Assembly (NCBI GenBank): GCA_951406725.2
Contig: OX597820.1
Location: forward strand, 4,650,001-4,714,000
Direction: 5' to 3'
Source of the DNA: Octopus vulgaris
Taxonomy: Eukaryota
DNA: 64,000 bases
Part shown: piece after piece, positions 1-12,092 of the stretch
Numbering within the stretch: the stretch's first letter is position 1
Layout: every line of letters starts with the position of its first letter
Program-made: the position numbers and the translations under genes
Notes under the pieces: model-generated
Seen by the model: the letters and a program-made list of their open reading frames with translations, nothing else
Database searches by the model: none
Told to the model about the DNA's origin: nothing

Positions 1-1
1 A

Positions 2-121
2 CCGATCTTACGTTACAAGGATGTTTGCAAAAGGGACATGAAGGCCTGCAACATCAATATTAGCGGTTGGGAAGCAGTTGCCGGCAACCGTGGAGAATGG
101 CGACGTACCGTAAAAGAGGGA
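2..121 (+). mobile_element. RTE-clade LINE fragment (C-terminal part of ORF)
   Basis: Frame 2 reads PILRYKDVCKRDMKACNINISGWEAVAGNRGEWRRTVKEG, matching the RTE C-terminal pattern RYKD.CKRDMK...WE..A..R..WR..V; cut off by (TA)n. Confidence 0.8.
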
Positions 122-148
122 ATATATATATATATATAAAATCAATAA

Positions 149-197
<49 letters not shown>

Positions 198-899
198 AGA
201 CAAATATATTTATATATGATAGGGTACTAAATAAGCACCCGCTTTGCTAAAAATAGGAGTGAAAACACTCCGAATACTGTCTCTTCCCTCTTTATTTCTT
301 GCTGCTCACCTCTGTCTTTTCCTTCCGGTAACTCAACCTCTCCTCTGAGCAACATTTTAGGATTTTCATACCCCATCTTCAACGTCCTCGTATCTACTAT
401 CAACAGCTGCCTCAACCTTTGACCCCCACTCACTATAGCCTCCACTACATACCTCTGGCCTCCATCTCTGTCCTTACTCACTCCCTCCTCCACTCGACCA
501 TCCCATCTTGTGTTCTGATCTCTCTACAGGTTGATTTTGCTCTCCATCCTTTTTCTACTGCAACTCATCACCTCCTTTCTGGACTATTTTTTTTACCCCA
601 CCCCTGCTACCTACTAATATTTACTATTCATCACTTCTCCACCTTTTTGTATCGTTCACTACATTCACCTCTAGCTCCATTTCTAGTCACCTGTCTCTCT
701 CCTCTCCCACTCGTCTGGACCATATTCTCCCTTATACTCACCTTCCTGTAACCTTGAAAGTATGCCCCAACACCTCATCACCAACATCTCAGCTACTCCC
801 ATCCACCCATTACATAATGCTGGGTAACCGTGTAACTCTTCCATTGTAAGACATCTGTGCCCGTTCCTCTCAACACCTGGCATAAAGCCGTTCCCTCTC

Positions 900-1142
900 T
901 GCTACAACACCACACGGTCGAGAGAGCTTCTGTTTCTTTGCCTTGCCAGTTACCTTGGTCTCATAAAAAAAACCCTAAAATCAGTACACTTTATATGACT
1001 GACATTAAGAAGCACACCGGCTCATAGAAACGATGCCAAACTGAAAGTGGGGGGTCAGAAAGGGCTCTGGCTCAATGCATCTTGTTAAACACCCCCAACC
1101 CATGGAAGACGGACATAACACGAGGACGGAAATGATGATGAG
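900..1142 (+). mobile_element. Degenerate SINE/LINE 3' tail ending in (GAT)n
   Basis: Ends ...caacccatggaagacggac...aaatgatgatgag, resembling RTE-type tails; heavily diverged. Confidence 0.4.
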
Positions 1143-1162
1143 AGCGTGCACACACATGTATA

Positions 1163-1310
1163 CATACGACGGGTTTCTTTCAGTTTCCGTCTACCAAATC
1201 CACTCACAAAGCTTTGGTCGGCCCGAGGCTATAGCAGAAGGTGCCACGCAGTAGGACTGAACCCAGTACCATGTGGTTTAGAAGCAAGCATCTATTATAC
1301 ACATCCACGC
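1163..1310 (-). mobile_element. tRNA-derived SINE family A, 5' half
   Basis: Reverse complement of the ...ggttcagtcc.actgcgtggcacc...gaccaaagc...tggatttggtagacggaaactgaaagaa block repeated throughout the window. Confidence 0.8.
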
Positions 1311-1313
1311 CTT

Positions 1314-1374
<61 letters not shown>

Positions 1375-1379
<5 letters not shown>

Positions 1380-1560
1380 ATTGGCCAAAAGTCGACCGAT
1401 AGTGATCAAATTTTCGTAAATACTATCTGTAATTCTGTATCGACTCGAATGGGAAAATTCGTTAATTCGTTGCTGAAGGACTTCAGCTTTGAACAATTTT
1501 CATGATGTTTCGTATTTGGATGCTTTTATTAAAATCATTCAGTTGTTAAACATAAATAAA
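1375..1560 (+). mobile_element. Possible Tc1/mariner terminal fragment inserted at TA
   Basis: Starts TATAGGATTGGCCAAAAGTC directly after (TA)n, resembling TA-CAGGGTTGGCCAAAAG-type termini; no partner TIR found. Confidence 0.35.
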
Positions 1561-1564
1561 ATAA

Positions 1565-1790
1565 GTGGTGAACTGGCAGGAGGGTCAGCACGCTGGGCAA
1601 AATGCCTAGTAGTCTTTCGTTACGCTCTGAGTTCAAATTCCGCCGAGGTCGACTTTGCCTTTCATCCTTTCGGGGTCGATTAAATAAGTACCAGTTACGC
1701 ACTGGGATCGATATAATCGACTTAATCCGTTTGTCTGTCTTTGTTTGTTCCCTCTGTGTTTAGCCCCTTGTGAGTAATAAAAAAATAGGT
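1565..1790 (+). mobile_element. tRNA-derived SINE family B (Meta-like central domain)
   Basis: gagttcaaattccgccgaggtcgactttgcctttcatcctttcggggtcgat...aagtaccagtt...tttagccccttgtg...aataaa; more than 15 related copies in the window. Confidence 0.85.
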
Positions 1791-3281
1791 ATGAGCAATG
1801 GTGAGTGATGGGTGAAAACAATGGAACCTAACCGTCAGAGACCCAGGGAGCGGTGAGGTGATGGTGAGGCTGGATCTTTGATCACTGGGCTTCACAGATG
1901 GGCTGATACAGTCCTGGGCGAAAGAGCAGTGATCCAGTCCGATCGTAGCTAAGGTAGGTCGAGGGTCTTCATGCCTTGTCACGAATGTTATCACTGTGTT
2001 AACACCAGTTTCACACCTGGTGGGTTGGACAGGTAGATGTAATTTTTCCTCATCGCTGCTGACTGGGAACTGATTGCTTTCAGGAGTGAGGGATGTGGTC
2101 AGGTAAAGAGATTTGATGTGAGTTGAGGTGAGTTGGAGTGAAGCAAGTCGAGTGGGGGCTGCTGTGAAGTGATGCGGTGAAGTGCTTCTGTATCCCTTCG
2201 TCGTTTTACAAGATAACTATACATATGTCACCCCTGCAGCTGGTCCCTCTTTCCCCCCTATCTCTTCCCCTTTACCTCTATAGCTAGCTGGGTCAGGTGG
2301 CAGTTAGCAGGGGGAGCTGCGGGGGGGAGGGGTAGTCAGCATTTGTCTGCTCCTTTTTCAAATTCTATAAAATCCCAGTAAACACCTTCACCCCCACCCT
2401 CACTCGCACACCTCCCTCCTTTTCCTTTCTAACACTCCTACCTTGGTGGTGGCGGTGGTGACAGGATGGGGGGGGTTGCAGTAGCAGTCACAGTGGTGAT
2501 ATGGTGGTATTGACACGGTAGTGGTGGTGGTGGTGGTGGTGGAGGTAGTGTGATGCTGTTCCATCAATAACCTGCCCCCCTCCCTCCGCCTTACTCTTCA
2601 TCTGAAAGACAACTAAAAGACTCCCTCCCCTCCACTCACCTCTCCACCCCTCCACCCCCCCGGTCCTTACTGCTGCAGCAACTCCTTAATTTCCTCAACC
2701 ACACCCACTTTAAAGTTCATAACTTTATTGCCCCCCCTCTCCTCCACCCGCCGCCACCCGTCCAGAAGTTTCCTTGTAAGAACAATTGTTTTATGACAAT
2801 AAGAGCAAGAAGACAGCTTCTTCTCCTCTTCCTTCAACACTACCACCACCACCATCTCTATTATTGATACCACCATCATCATCATCACGGTATCACCCGC
2901 CATCTCCTCCACGCCCACCACCACCACCCTATCAATGTTTTCCCCTCTGGTACTAAACATTTCCACGTCCACCTTGGACAGGTGGTGTTGCAGTGGTATG
3001 AGGTGGTGGTGGTGGTGGTGCTGGAATGAGGCTAGTGTGGTAGTGGTGCCATTGCAGTGGCTTATGTTGTAGTACACCTTTGTCAAGCCTCTGTATGTGC
3101 AATATTCGAGGGACATCGGGTGGTGGTGTTGCAGCCAAGTTGTGAGGAGTTCAAATCACAGCAGGATCCGTGAAAGAAATACCAGTAAAACAGAGCTTTA
3201 TTAGGCTCATTGCATCCTCCAGCTCCAAAATGTGCCACCCTGTGCTGCTAATCTTAGAGATTATTATTGTTGTTGTTATTA

Positions 3282-3900
3282 AGGCAGCAAGCTGGCAGAA
3301 TCGTTAGCACGCTGGCCGAAATGCTTAGCGGTATTTCGTCTGCCGTTACGTTCAGAGTTCAAATTCCATCGAGGTCGACTTTGCCTTTCATCCGTTCGGG
3401 GTCGATTAAATAAGTACCAGTTACGCACTGGGGTCGATGTAATCGACTTAATCCCTTTGTCTGTCCTTGTTTGTCCTCTCTGTGTTTAGCCCCTTGTGGG
3501 TACTAAAGAAATAGAAATAGGTATTTCGCCCGTCGCTATTGTTCTGAGTTCAAATTCCGCCGAGGTCGACTTTGCCTTTCATCCTTTCGGTGTCGATTAA
3601 AAAAGTACCAGTTGAGAACTGGGGTCGACGTAATCGGTTCATCTCCACCTCTCCCAAGATGCCCTTATGGCAAAAATTTGGAATAATTATCAAGGCGTTG
3701 ATCTGGCAGAATCGTTAGCACGCCGGGTAAAATGCTTAGCGGCATTTTGTCCGTCCTTACGTTCCGCGGTCAAATGGCGCCGAGGTCGACTTTGTCTTTC
3801 ATCCTTTCGGGATCGATAAATTAAGTACCAGTTACGCACTGGGGTCGATGTAGTCCACTATCTCCTCCCCACAAATTCCAGTCCTTGTGCTTTTAGTAGA
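3282..3900 (+). mobile_element. Tandem cluster of three SINE-B units
   Basis: Three successive gtcgactttg.ctttcatcc.ttcgg cores at about 3374, 3565 and 3785. Confidence 0.85.
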
Positions 3901-4062
3901 TGGGTTTTTCCACGAGTAACCTTTTGAAGCGCCTCCCACTATTGGGAGGTTTTACTTGTTATATATTCGTTGTTATCTTGCATTTTTACACGGACTTTTC
4001 TTTCTCTGTCCCTACATGTTTTATTTGATTTTTGTTAGCCCTTGTGGCCAATAAACGAACGA
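3900..4062 (+). mobile_element. LINE-like 3' UTR fragment (Tx1-type tail)
   Basis: T-rich segment ending ttagcccttgtggccaataaacgaa then (ATT)n; tail resembles those of SINE-B and the 18445-18950 element. Confidence 0.4.
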
Positions 4063-4103
<41 letters not shown>

Positions 4104-4822
4104 AAGTCTCATAATGCTGTTGGTCATGTCACTTCAAATCTTAATAGGGCTCACTCTCAAGGGTGAACTACCAGTGATACGTTGGGGGTCAGCACACTAT
4201 AAACTGTGTGGCATTGTGCAAAAGTTAGAATTCATCATCATTATCAGGCCCCCAGGGTCTCTCAGCTTGCTAAGAAAAAAAGCAAGGACACATTAAATAA
4301 TTTAGTCCAAGATATATTGTGCCTGATAATAAGATGGGGTGGTCAGAACTGGATTGTCTTTTTCATCATGACTGAACAACACTTGCAATATCATCATCAT
4401 CACTCATCACCCTTGTCATCCACCCCACCCCCATCCTCTCTATCCCCCTCCCTCAGCCGCTACCACCGTCCTACTCCCCCCTCTACCCTCTCTCCCCTCC
4501 CGTGTCATTGCCGGGTCTACCACAGGTTTAGAGGAAGGGCGGAAGGAAGGTTCCAGCTGCGGTCGATGTTTCACCTGTCCGGAGTTGTGGAGGGTGTGGG
4601 GGGCGGTGTTGGTGCGGGAGGGGCGGAGGTGAGTGGCCGGCGCGAATGTTTAGTAATTTGTTCAATAAATCTTATTCATACTGGTCAGTGTGTGTGTGGA
4701 TAGAGAGGATGAAAGAAACAGACATACACACATATAGTGTGTGTATATATATGTGTGTATGTGTGTATAACAATTGTGGATTTTATGTGTGCATGTATAT
4801 GTGTGTGTGTGTGTGTGTGTGT

Positions 4823-5038
4823 ATTCTTTTATTCTTTTATTCGTTTTAGTCATTTGACTGCGGCCATGCTGGAGCACCGCCTTTAGTCGAACAGATCAAC
4901 CCCAGGACTTATTCCTTGTAAGTCTAGTACTTATTCTATCGGTTCGCTTTTGCCGAACAGCTAAGTTAGGGGACGTTAACATGCCAACACCGGTTGTCAA
5001 GCGATGGTGGGGGGACAAACTTACACACACACACACAT

Positions 5039-5077
<39 letters not shown>

Positions 5078-5235
5078 CGACGGGCTTCTTTCAGTTTCCG
5101 TCCACCAAATCCACTCCCAAGGCTTCGGTCGGCTCGAGGCGATAGTGGAAGACACTTGCCCAAAGTGCCCCGCAGTGGGACTGAACCCGGAACCATGTGG
5201 TTGAGAAGTAAGCTTCTTTACCAAACAGTCACGCC
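4823..5235 (-). mobile_element. Full-length SINE-A with internal (TA)n(TG)n
   Basis: tRNA-like head, CORE-like ttgggcaagtgtctt block, internal microsatellite, 3' ggcggtgctccagcatggccgcagtcaaatgact...aataaaagaata tail. Confidence 0.9.
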
Positions 5236-5403
5236 ATATTTATAAAATAGACAGAAATGATTGATTATATACATTTATGTATTTATAGGCTTACAGCTGC
5301 TTCAAATATGCATTTGGGTGCGTTCATGGTTATCGATAGATCGACTGAAAATGTCGGGTACAACACCCATACACACACATGCACGTGTATACATACATAC
5401 ACA

Positions 5404-5436
<33 letters not shown>

Positions 5437-5514
5437 CATCACCATCGTTTAACATCCGTTTTCCATACGGGTTCCATACCTATGGGTTTCATATATATAT
5501 ATATATACTAGCAG

Positions 5515-5870
5515 ATCGACTTTGCCTTTCATCAATCAGGGTCGATAAAATAAGTACCAGTTGTTTACTGGGGGGGGGGGGTTGATGTAATCGACTTACA
5601 CTCCCACCTTCCTTGAAAAAGCTGGCATTGTGCTTAAATGTGAAACCAATATATATATATATATGTGTATGTTATGGCGGTGAGCTGGCAGAACCGTTGA
5701 CACGCCGGACAAAATGCTTAACGGCATTTCATCCGTTTTTATATTCTGAGTTCAAATTCCGCCGCTGTCGACTTTGCCTTTCACGCTTTCGGGGTCGAGT
5801 ACTGGGGTGGATGTAATCGACTTATTCCCTGCCCTGAAATTGCTGGCCTTGTACCAAAATTTGAAACCGA
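5515..5870 (+). mobile_element. Two SINE-B copies
   Basis: Two tcgactttgcctttca cores; the second has the ggcggtgagctggcagaa head. Confidence 0.8.
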
Positions 5871-5879
5871 TATTTTTAG

Positions 5880-6225
5880 GTGCAGACATGGCTGTGTGGT
5901 AAGAGGTTCGCTTCTCAACCACATGGTTATGGGTTCAGTCCCACTGCTTTGTACCGGGACGAGCATCTTCTACTATAAACCCCGCCTCGACCAAAACCTT
6001 GTGAATGGATTTGGTTGGCTGAAGCTAAAAGAAGCCCATCCTTTCTAGATACGGGTATCTATTTTATTTATGTATGTGTTTGTGTTTGTTCCTCACTTCT
6101 GCTTGACAGCACCCGTGTTGGTTTGTTTCCGTCCCCATAATATGTCTTGGGATCGATTTTTTTTTCTGACTAAACCCCGTCAATGCGCTGCCCCAGCATG
6201 GTCGCAGACTGAACGAAATAAAAGG
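5880..6225 (+). mobile_element. SINE-A, internally deleted
   Basis: atggctgtgtggtaagagg...gggttcagtcccactgc...ccagcatggtcgcag. Confidence 0.75.
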
Positions 6226-6363
6226 TGCAAGCTGCATATTGTATGTCTACCTTTGTAATTGCAAGTGCTGTCATATGTCAAAGGATAGGCTTAGGTGTGA
6301 CAATCTTCATATATATATATATATATATATATGTAATACATGTCTTTGGTGTGGTAATTGTGC

Positions 6364-6450
6364 GCGGCTGAAGAAGGCTATTGACATACATGTTACATCA
6401 ATTATGCATTGATATAAACTGTCCAATAAAGCCAGAAACATATGTACCGC
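6364..6450 (+). ncRNA. Type I hammerhead ribozyme motif in a Penelope/retrozyme-like relic
   Basis: Stem I GCGG(6364-67)/CCGC(6447-50); CTGAAGA 6368-74; long stem II GGCT-ATTG-ACA...TGT-CAAT-AGCC; GAAA 6435-38; palindromic stem III ACATATGT; predicted GUA cleavage after 6446. One extra A on each side at the base of stem II. Confidence 0.75.
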
Positions 6451-6656
6451 TAAATCCTTTGCATACTGTTTTTCTTTTGATAAATATACCCTATCGCCTA
6501 CACCACTAACTGGCATATACAGGTGCTAACAGTCATCAAGTATTCACCCTGGATTTTTTTTTTATATATATATACTTATCATAAGAGATATATATGTATA
6601 TAGGGAAATACGAATTCACTCGTCTATATAAATGTGGATACACTGATTAGCTTTTA

Positions 6657-6784
6657 TATGTTCTGATGACGCTTGATCAGAATTATAAGGGGTAAATTTT
6701 CCTAGCATTTCTAGATTTATAATTATCGAAATATGTTGACAAAGGAAATGAATCTTATGATTCTAATCCAGAAACGCGTCCATA
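6657..6784 (+). ncRNA. Type I hammerhead motif with long stem II
   Basis: TATG-tt-CTGATGA(6663-69); GATCAGAATTATAAG pairs imperfectly with CTTATGATTCTAATC; GAAACGCGTC (6771-80) then CATA; palindromic stem III ACGCGT, GUC triplet. Confidence 0.6.
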
Positions 6785-6879
6785 ATTAATCGAAGACTGT
6801 TTGATTGCATTATTTTTCTTCTTTTTTGCCATATGTGAATTACAAATATTGTTGCCTGTGAAGACATATTTTTTGTAGA

Positions 6880-6962
6880 AAAAGAAATAGTAGTCTTTTG
6901 GCTGCTATTTCTAAAATTTTCGGTATGTGGTCAAGCAACTTGTTGCTAAACCCTTATTGTTA
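6880..6962. repeat. Dispersed repeat segment shared (inverted) with 58455-58540
   Basis: ttttggctgctatttctaaa...cggtatgtggtcaagcaacttgttgctaaaccctta versus taagggtttagcaacgatttgcctcaccacacaccgaatttagaaatagcagtcaaa. Confidence 0.7.
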
Positions 6963-7029
<67 letters not shown>

Positions 7030-7339
7030 CCTGGTGAGTGTATGTTTCCGCATACACCTATGTGTCGTATTTGAAAAGTTGAAACGAACTTTTAATATCT
7101 GCTCCCCATTATTCATACCAGTTTGACTTCTGAGGAGTTAGTCATAATTAAGAATAATATAACAATAGTAGTAGTAGTATGAGTAATAATAATAATAATA
7201 ATAACAATAACAGCAGTAATAATTTTGTGTCTATGTAGACATACCTATCTATCCACGCATGTGTATTTGTGCACAAGAAAGGTAAAAGGTAAGTTCAAAA
7301 TGATGCAGCAACTTTTAACTTCTAATTCAACAATGTGAA

Positions 7340-7630
7340 ATATTTTGCTTTATATCGCAGCATATTTTTTTGCCTTATATGTCAAATTTGTTTTTGCTAT
7401 ATAAATATTTTTGGCCTTATGTTTTGATTTATTTTGCCTTATATGTCAGTATGTTTTGCCTTATATGTGAATGTTTTGCTTTATATATCAATACACTTTC
7501 GCCTTATATGTCAGTAGGTTTTCTCTATGTATATCAATGTCTATATATTGCCTCGCCTCTCTATTTGTTTTGCCTTATATGCCAATGTCTCACTTTATAT
7601 GTCAACGTACTTTTGCCTTATATTTCAGTA
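7340..7630. repeat. Degenerate minisatellite, unit about 21-24 bp (ttttgccttatatgtcaa...)
   Basis: About a dozen imperfect TTTTGCCTTATATG units in tandem. Confidence 0.75.
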
Positions 7631-8200
7631 GTTTAGTTTTACAAAGCCTTTATGAAGGAACTACGGGGATTGAGTTTAGATGTGGTTCTTGCACATATAT
7701 ATGTATGGGGAGGAAAATATTGTTACATGGAGATGTTGTTTTGTTATAGAAACCAATTATTGTCCCAGGTGGGTAAAATAAATACCAGAGATTCCTTTAT
7801 TCCGCACAGAAACTGCACGAGTTTCTCAGAGGTTTCACAAGCTCCTCTATATCTGTTGCAATGCTGGAAACCCTTCTGTTTCGCCCCTTAACCTGTACAC
7901 TTCACCTGAAAGCGGGCAGCGAGGACCGAGCTAGTCCTCACCTACGGAAAGGTTCCACTTACAGTCTTTTATCAACCAGTTATGATCTGTTGTTAATGAT
8001 GAGATTTAATTTTATAATAATGGATAGTCTTGTTGATGAGCAAATTCCTTCAACATAACCAATCAGATGGCCTGGCATTCTCTCAGAACAAAAAGCTGTC
8101 TGGTTGGTCAGGATAACGGGAAACAGCACCAGTCAAATATCGTTCGGCTCTGCATCGTGCATTGAGTACTTCAGTTCTTGTTCATTCTAAATAATGTTTA

Positions 8201-8258
<58 letters not shown>

Positions 8259-9777
8259 CGCGCGCTATAACACCTTTCTATCCGATGAATTTACACACTT
8301 ATCACCTACTCCCTTCCACCCACTTCGGAACACCTACTCCATCCCAACAGCCGTGTCTGTCTATTGTAATAAACAACACCAGCCACATCTTTTTAACCCC
8401 TCAACTCTCCCCCATTCCTTCACATCACCCAGCCCCTAATTCGAGACGTTTACCTTTTTCATCATTTTATACAATCTGTTTAATAAATAAGAAAAAAATA
8501 TTTATAGAAGAGAGGGCCAGGAAGACCCAATTTTGATAAATGTAAAACGGTATTGAATGAAGGGAGAGTATAGGAAGCCCTTCCCCCTCCCCCCAGCAGG
8601 TTTTTACTCTCATCTTACTCCCTTTTATTTCCCCAACTTTGTTATCCCAGTTTGTTTTTAGCTGAATGATGGAGGGGATGGGGGCAGGGTAGAGAAAGGG
8701 ACATCAGCTGTCCACTCTAAAGTGTCTACACCCCAGGGGGTGTGCCTTCCTTTCTTGGCCTGTGACATCAATGATAAAAGGGCTCTATTCACAGCTAATG
8801 AAAGGCTTCTTTGAAAAAAAAAAATAAAAAAGGGGGAGCCATGTGTCCAGTGAAAAAGACAAGGACTGCGTAAAAGAGGAAGAAGCAGCCGAGGGAAGGA
8901 GTTGGGGGAAACACGAGACGATGTTATGGCTTGTCTTTTGTTGTGGAAGCAAAGAGAATATCAATAATTGTCTTTCAATTCCTTCAAAGCTCCTACTCTT
9001 ACATACACAGCAGCAGCAGTAGTAGTAGTAGTAGTTTGTTACTGGTTATCAGTAAAGTTCACTGAAAACCGTAGTAGCAGTGGTTGCTGGAGCGGGTTAC
9101 TCCACAGCCTCTTCCTCACCAACAACTGTCTGTGTCTCAGCTGCCAAAAACTGGCGATTGAGGCTTCATTCAGAAAGTTAGTGGACAGGTTTTCACCAGT
9201 GTCGTCGTCACATTTTAGCCTTTTTAGTACAGTTTAGTACGTTGATACTTGTTAGTATTTTATGACAGGTTAGCGTGAGATTAGTCAAACTTCTACTGAT
9301 TGTTTTCCAATTTACATTCCGTCAGAATCTGGACATTTTAAACGACCCTGTCCAGTTGTAGACCCACTCTTGTCTTTTGGGTAAATGTTTTGAGAAAGTT
9401 TGTGTTTAACATAAGGATCTTTGTGGTTTTCGTCACTGCTTACAATTATCTTTTAAAAAAACTTATTTAATATATCAATATAGATGTAATTTTTGACGCT
9501 GAATCCGAATTTGTTCTTCATTTACTCCAGAAAAATTTTGCAAAAATGTTACAGGTGTTCAAAGTTTGATAATTTTCGGAATTTTCATCCAATCAGAAAA
9601 CAGCGCGTTCGTTGCCTCTTCCATCATCAGTGGGCGGGGGTGGGGAGCATCGGCATGTCAAAACCTTGCTACTTCTCTTATACACGCACACACATACACA
9701 TACATATACTCACACAGAGTTGAAACGCTGTTTGAGTTTTCTTTTCAGCGTTGAATGTTCATCGTCCCACTTCCATT

Positions 9778-9837
<60 letters not shown>

Positions 9838-10296
9838 CCCCGTGTTCCATTTTTTCAAGATGAAGACTGGAAATGGAAGCGTAACGACAAAAACGAAATC
9901 TTTGTTTCATAATGGATTCTCATATTTGAATAATTTCATTTTTACCTCCACCACATCGCAATGAAAATCTTACACGACAGATCAAACATGTCTTATGACA
10001 CAGTGGATGTTTCCTCTGTGAAAATACCATATTCTGCTTCCCAGCTGCGTTCTGGATTTCTGGATTTCCACGGCATTCTATTATTCCAGAACGAAAGAAC
10101 GTGTAATCCTTTTGAAATAAATCTCTCCCGTAAGCAGAACTAGCTTTGTTCTATCTCGGCCGGCACGGAACCACTTTGATTGGCCAATGATAATAAACAA
10201 CCATTTCTTTTTTCGTTGATACATCAGACAGCCATGTTGTAAAGAAATAGTTTGACTGCCGCTTGCAAGCGAAACGTTGATATCTGTGTGTGTGTA

Positions 10297-10332
<36 letters not shown>

Positions 10333-10989
10333 AGGGCATATTGCGCTTCTGTTAGGCTCTGGTGACGTAGTTTGGTCTTTTATAGCTGAACTTAATTATT
10401 CCTGCTATTTCTTCTGCGTTTATTCCTTACATTATTCTCACATGATTTTTTCAGTTAAGAAACTTTCCTTCACCACCAAAGACATACCTCTCAACCAACG
10501 ACAATCTTTTAATTCCACACCATTTTCCTCCACCGCTCACCACCACCCCCACTCTTTATTATTGTTTTCACCATATCAAAGACTTTTCAAAGACTGTTCT
10601 ATTTATTCTACCTTCTTTCAAAGAGACTTTGTCAGTTAGAAGCAGTGCTGCTGTGCAGAGATGCATAAAACAACTGACACACTGCACACTTCTTCCAACC
10701 AGTCAACAGACGTGTGCATGTGCAGTAGGCATTTATTATGATTATTATTTTAATTTTTTTTTTTTTTTGCATGGTTTGTTTACTTTAGCTGTGCACTTGC
10801 ATGATTAGATGTGGATTCAGCCATTCATGTAATCGGTGCTGTTGGTTGCGATAAATATTGCAGCTATTCACAAATTCTTAAACACTTTTACCATATTTTT
10901 ACTCCTGACTCTGCAAAACCATATTCTTCCAGTCGCACATATCTAGAACAGCAACAACATCCACACACACACACACACACACGCACGCA

Positions 10990-11024
<35 letters not shown>

Positions 11025-11699
11025 ATCCTGCAGAAGCAGCATTGGATTAAAATAACCAACGGTATATCATACTTAAAGCAGATACATCATTGAACGCCTC
11101 GTATATTTCGGCATTCTTCCAGGCATTCTATCCTTTATGAACGTACTGTGTTTAAAAACACAAATATATACCAGTCGCAGGCGAAATTTGTCCAGCAGCT
11201 ACGGTGTGAATGCTAGATGTAAATTTCCGCCTCGGCCATTTTAATTTTAAACTTCATTTGTTGCACATAAAGAATTTTTAGTCAACTGGGCGGCTAATTG
11301 CAATATCAGTGATTTTTCAACCGCTGTTTTCCTGTATCAGTGGTGAAGATCTTCATCTGCTGTTCACATAGTTATGTGTTTTTGACACATTGCATTCATT
11401 GAAGGTATAATCCCTGGATTAGTGTTGCAGTTTATTTGCATTTTGCGTTATATCTGCATTACGCATGATACACTGATGGTCATATATATATACTGGAAGC
11501 AGTATTATCGATAATAGCCGAAATTGCGCTTGACCCTCTGGCCGATAACTGAAGAGGAGCTGGTGACCTGTGTTTGCTGTTCGTTTGTGCATTTAGTATA
11601 TATTCGTATGTTTATTTGAATAACACGCGCGCGCGCACGCACACACACAGATATGTCATATTTTCCGTTTGTTGTCTTTTTATTTAATCCTGGAAATAT

Positions 11700-11880
11700 A
11701 TATATACAAATAAACAAACCATGAAATTAACAATAACAGACGACAAAAGCACATGCACAAGAAATGTATTGGTTTGACGCTTAGTGAAAGGAGAGAGTTT
11801 GACGTTTCGAGCAGAGCTCTTCGTCAGAAAGAAGAAAGAGAAAAGTCGAAAGAAGGAAAAGAAATCGCCAACAACACGCG
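11700..11880 (-). mobile_element. Short hammerhead-carrying element (same family as 38360-38548)
   Basis: Contains a minimal HHR between pyrimidine-rich flanks and ends at (TA)n; alignable by eye to the 38360 copy. Confidence 0.65.
11797..11830 (-). ncRNA. Minimal type I hammerhead ribozyme motif, intact core
   Basis: Minus strand: TTT CTGACGA A GAGC TCT GCTC GAAAC GTC AAA. Canonical core, 4-bp stem II, palindromic ACGT stem III, GUC triplet, short stem I. Confidence 0.75.
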
Positions 11881-11899
11881 TGTAGTTATATTGCTAAAG

Positions 11900-12061
11900 T
11901 GCAAGAGTGGCTGTGCGGTAAGTAGCTTGCTTGCCAACCACATGGTTCCAGGTTCAGTCCCACTGTGTGGCACCTTGGGCAAGTGTCTTCTACTATAGCC
12001 TCGGGTCGACCAAAGCCTTGTGGGTGGATTTGGTATACGGAAACGGAAAAGAAGCCCGTCG

Positions 12062-12092
<31 letters not shown>

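Noticed and set aside
7340-7630. Regularly spaced short repeats resembling a CRISPR array (also 61225-61755)
   Set aside because: Units are degenerate or separated only by (TA)n, with no unique spacers and no cas genes, in eukaryotic DNA; these are minisatellites.
10250-10282. GCTTGCAAGC-GAAACGTT as a hammerhead 3' half
   Set aside because: No CUGANGA box upstream.
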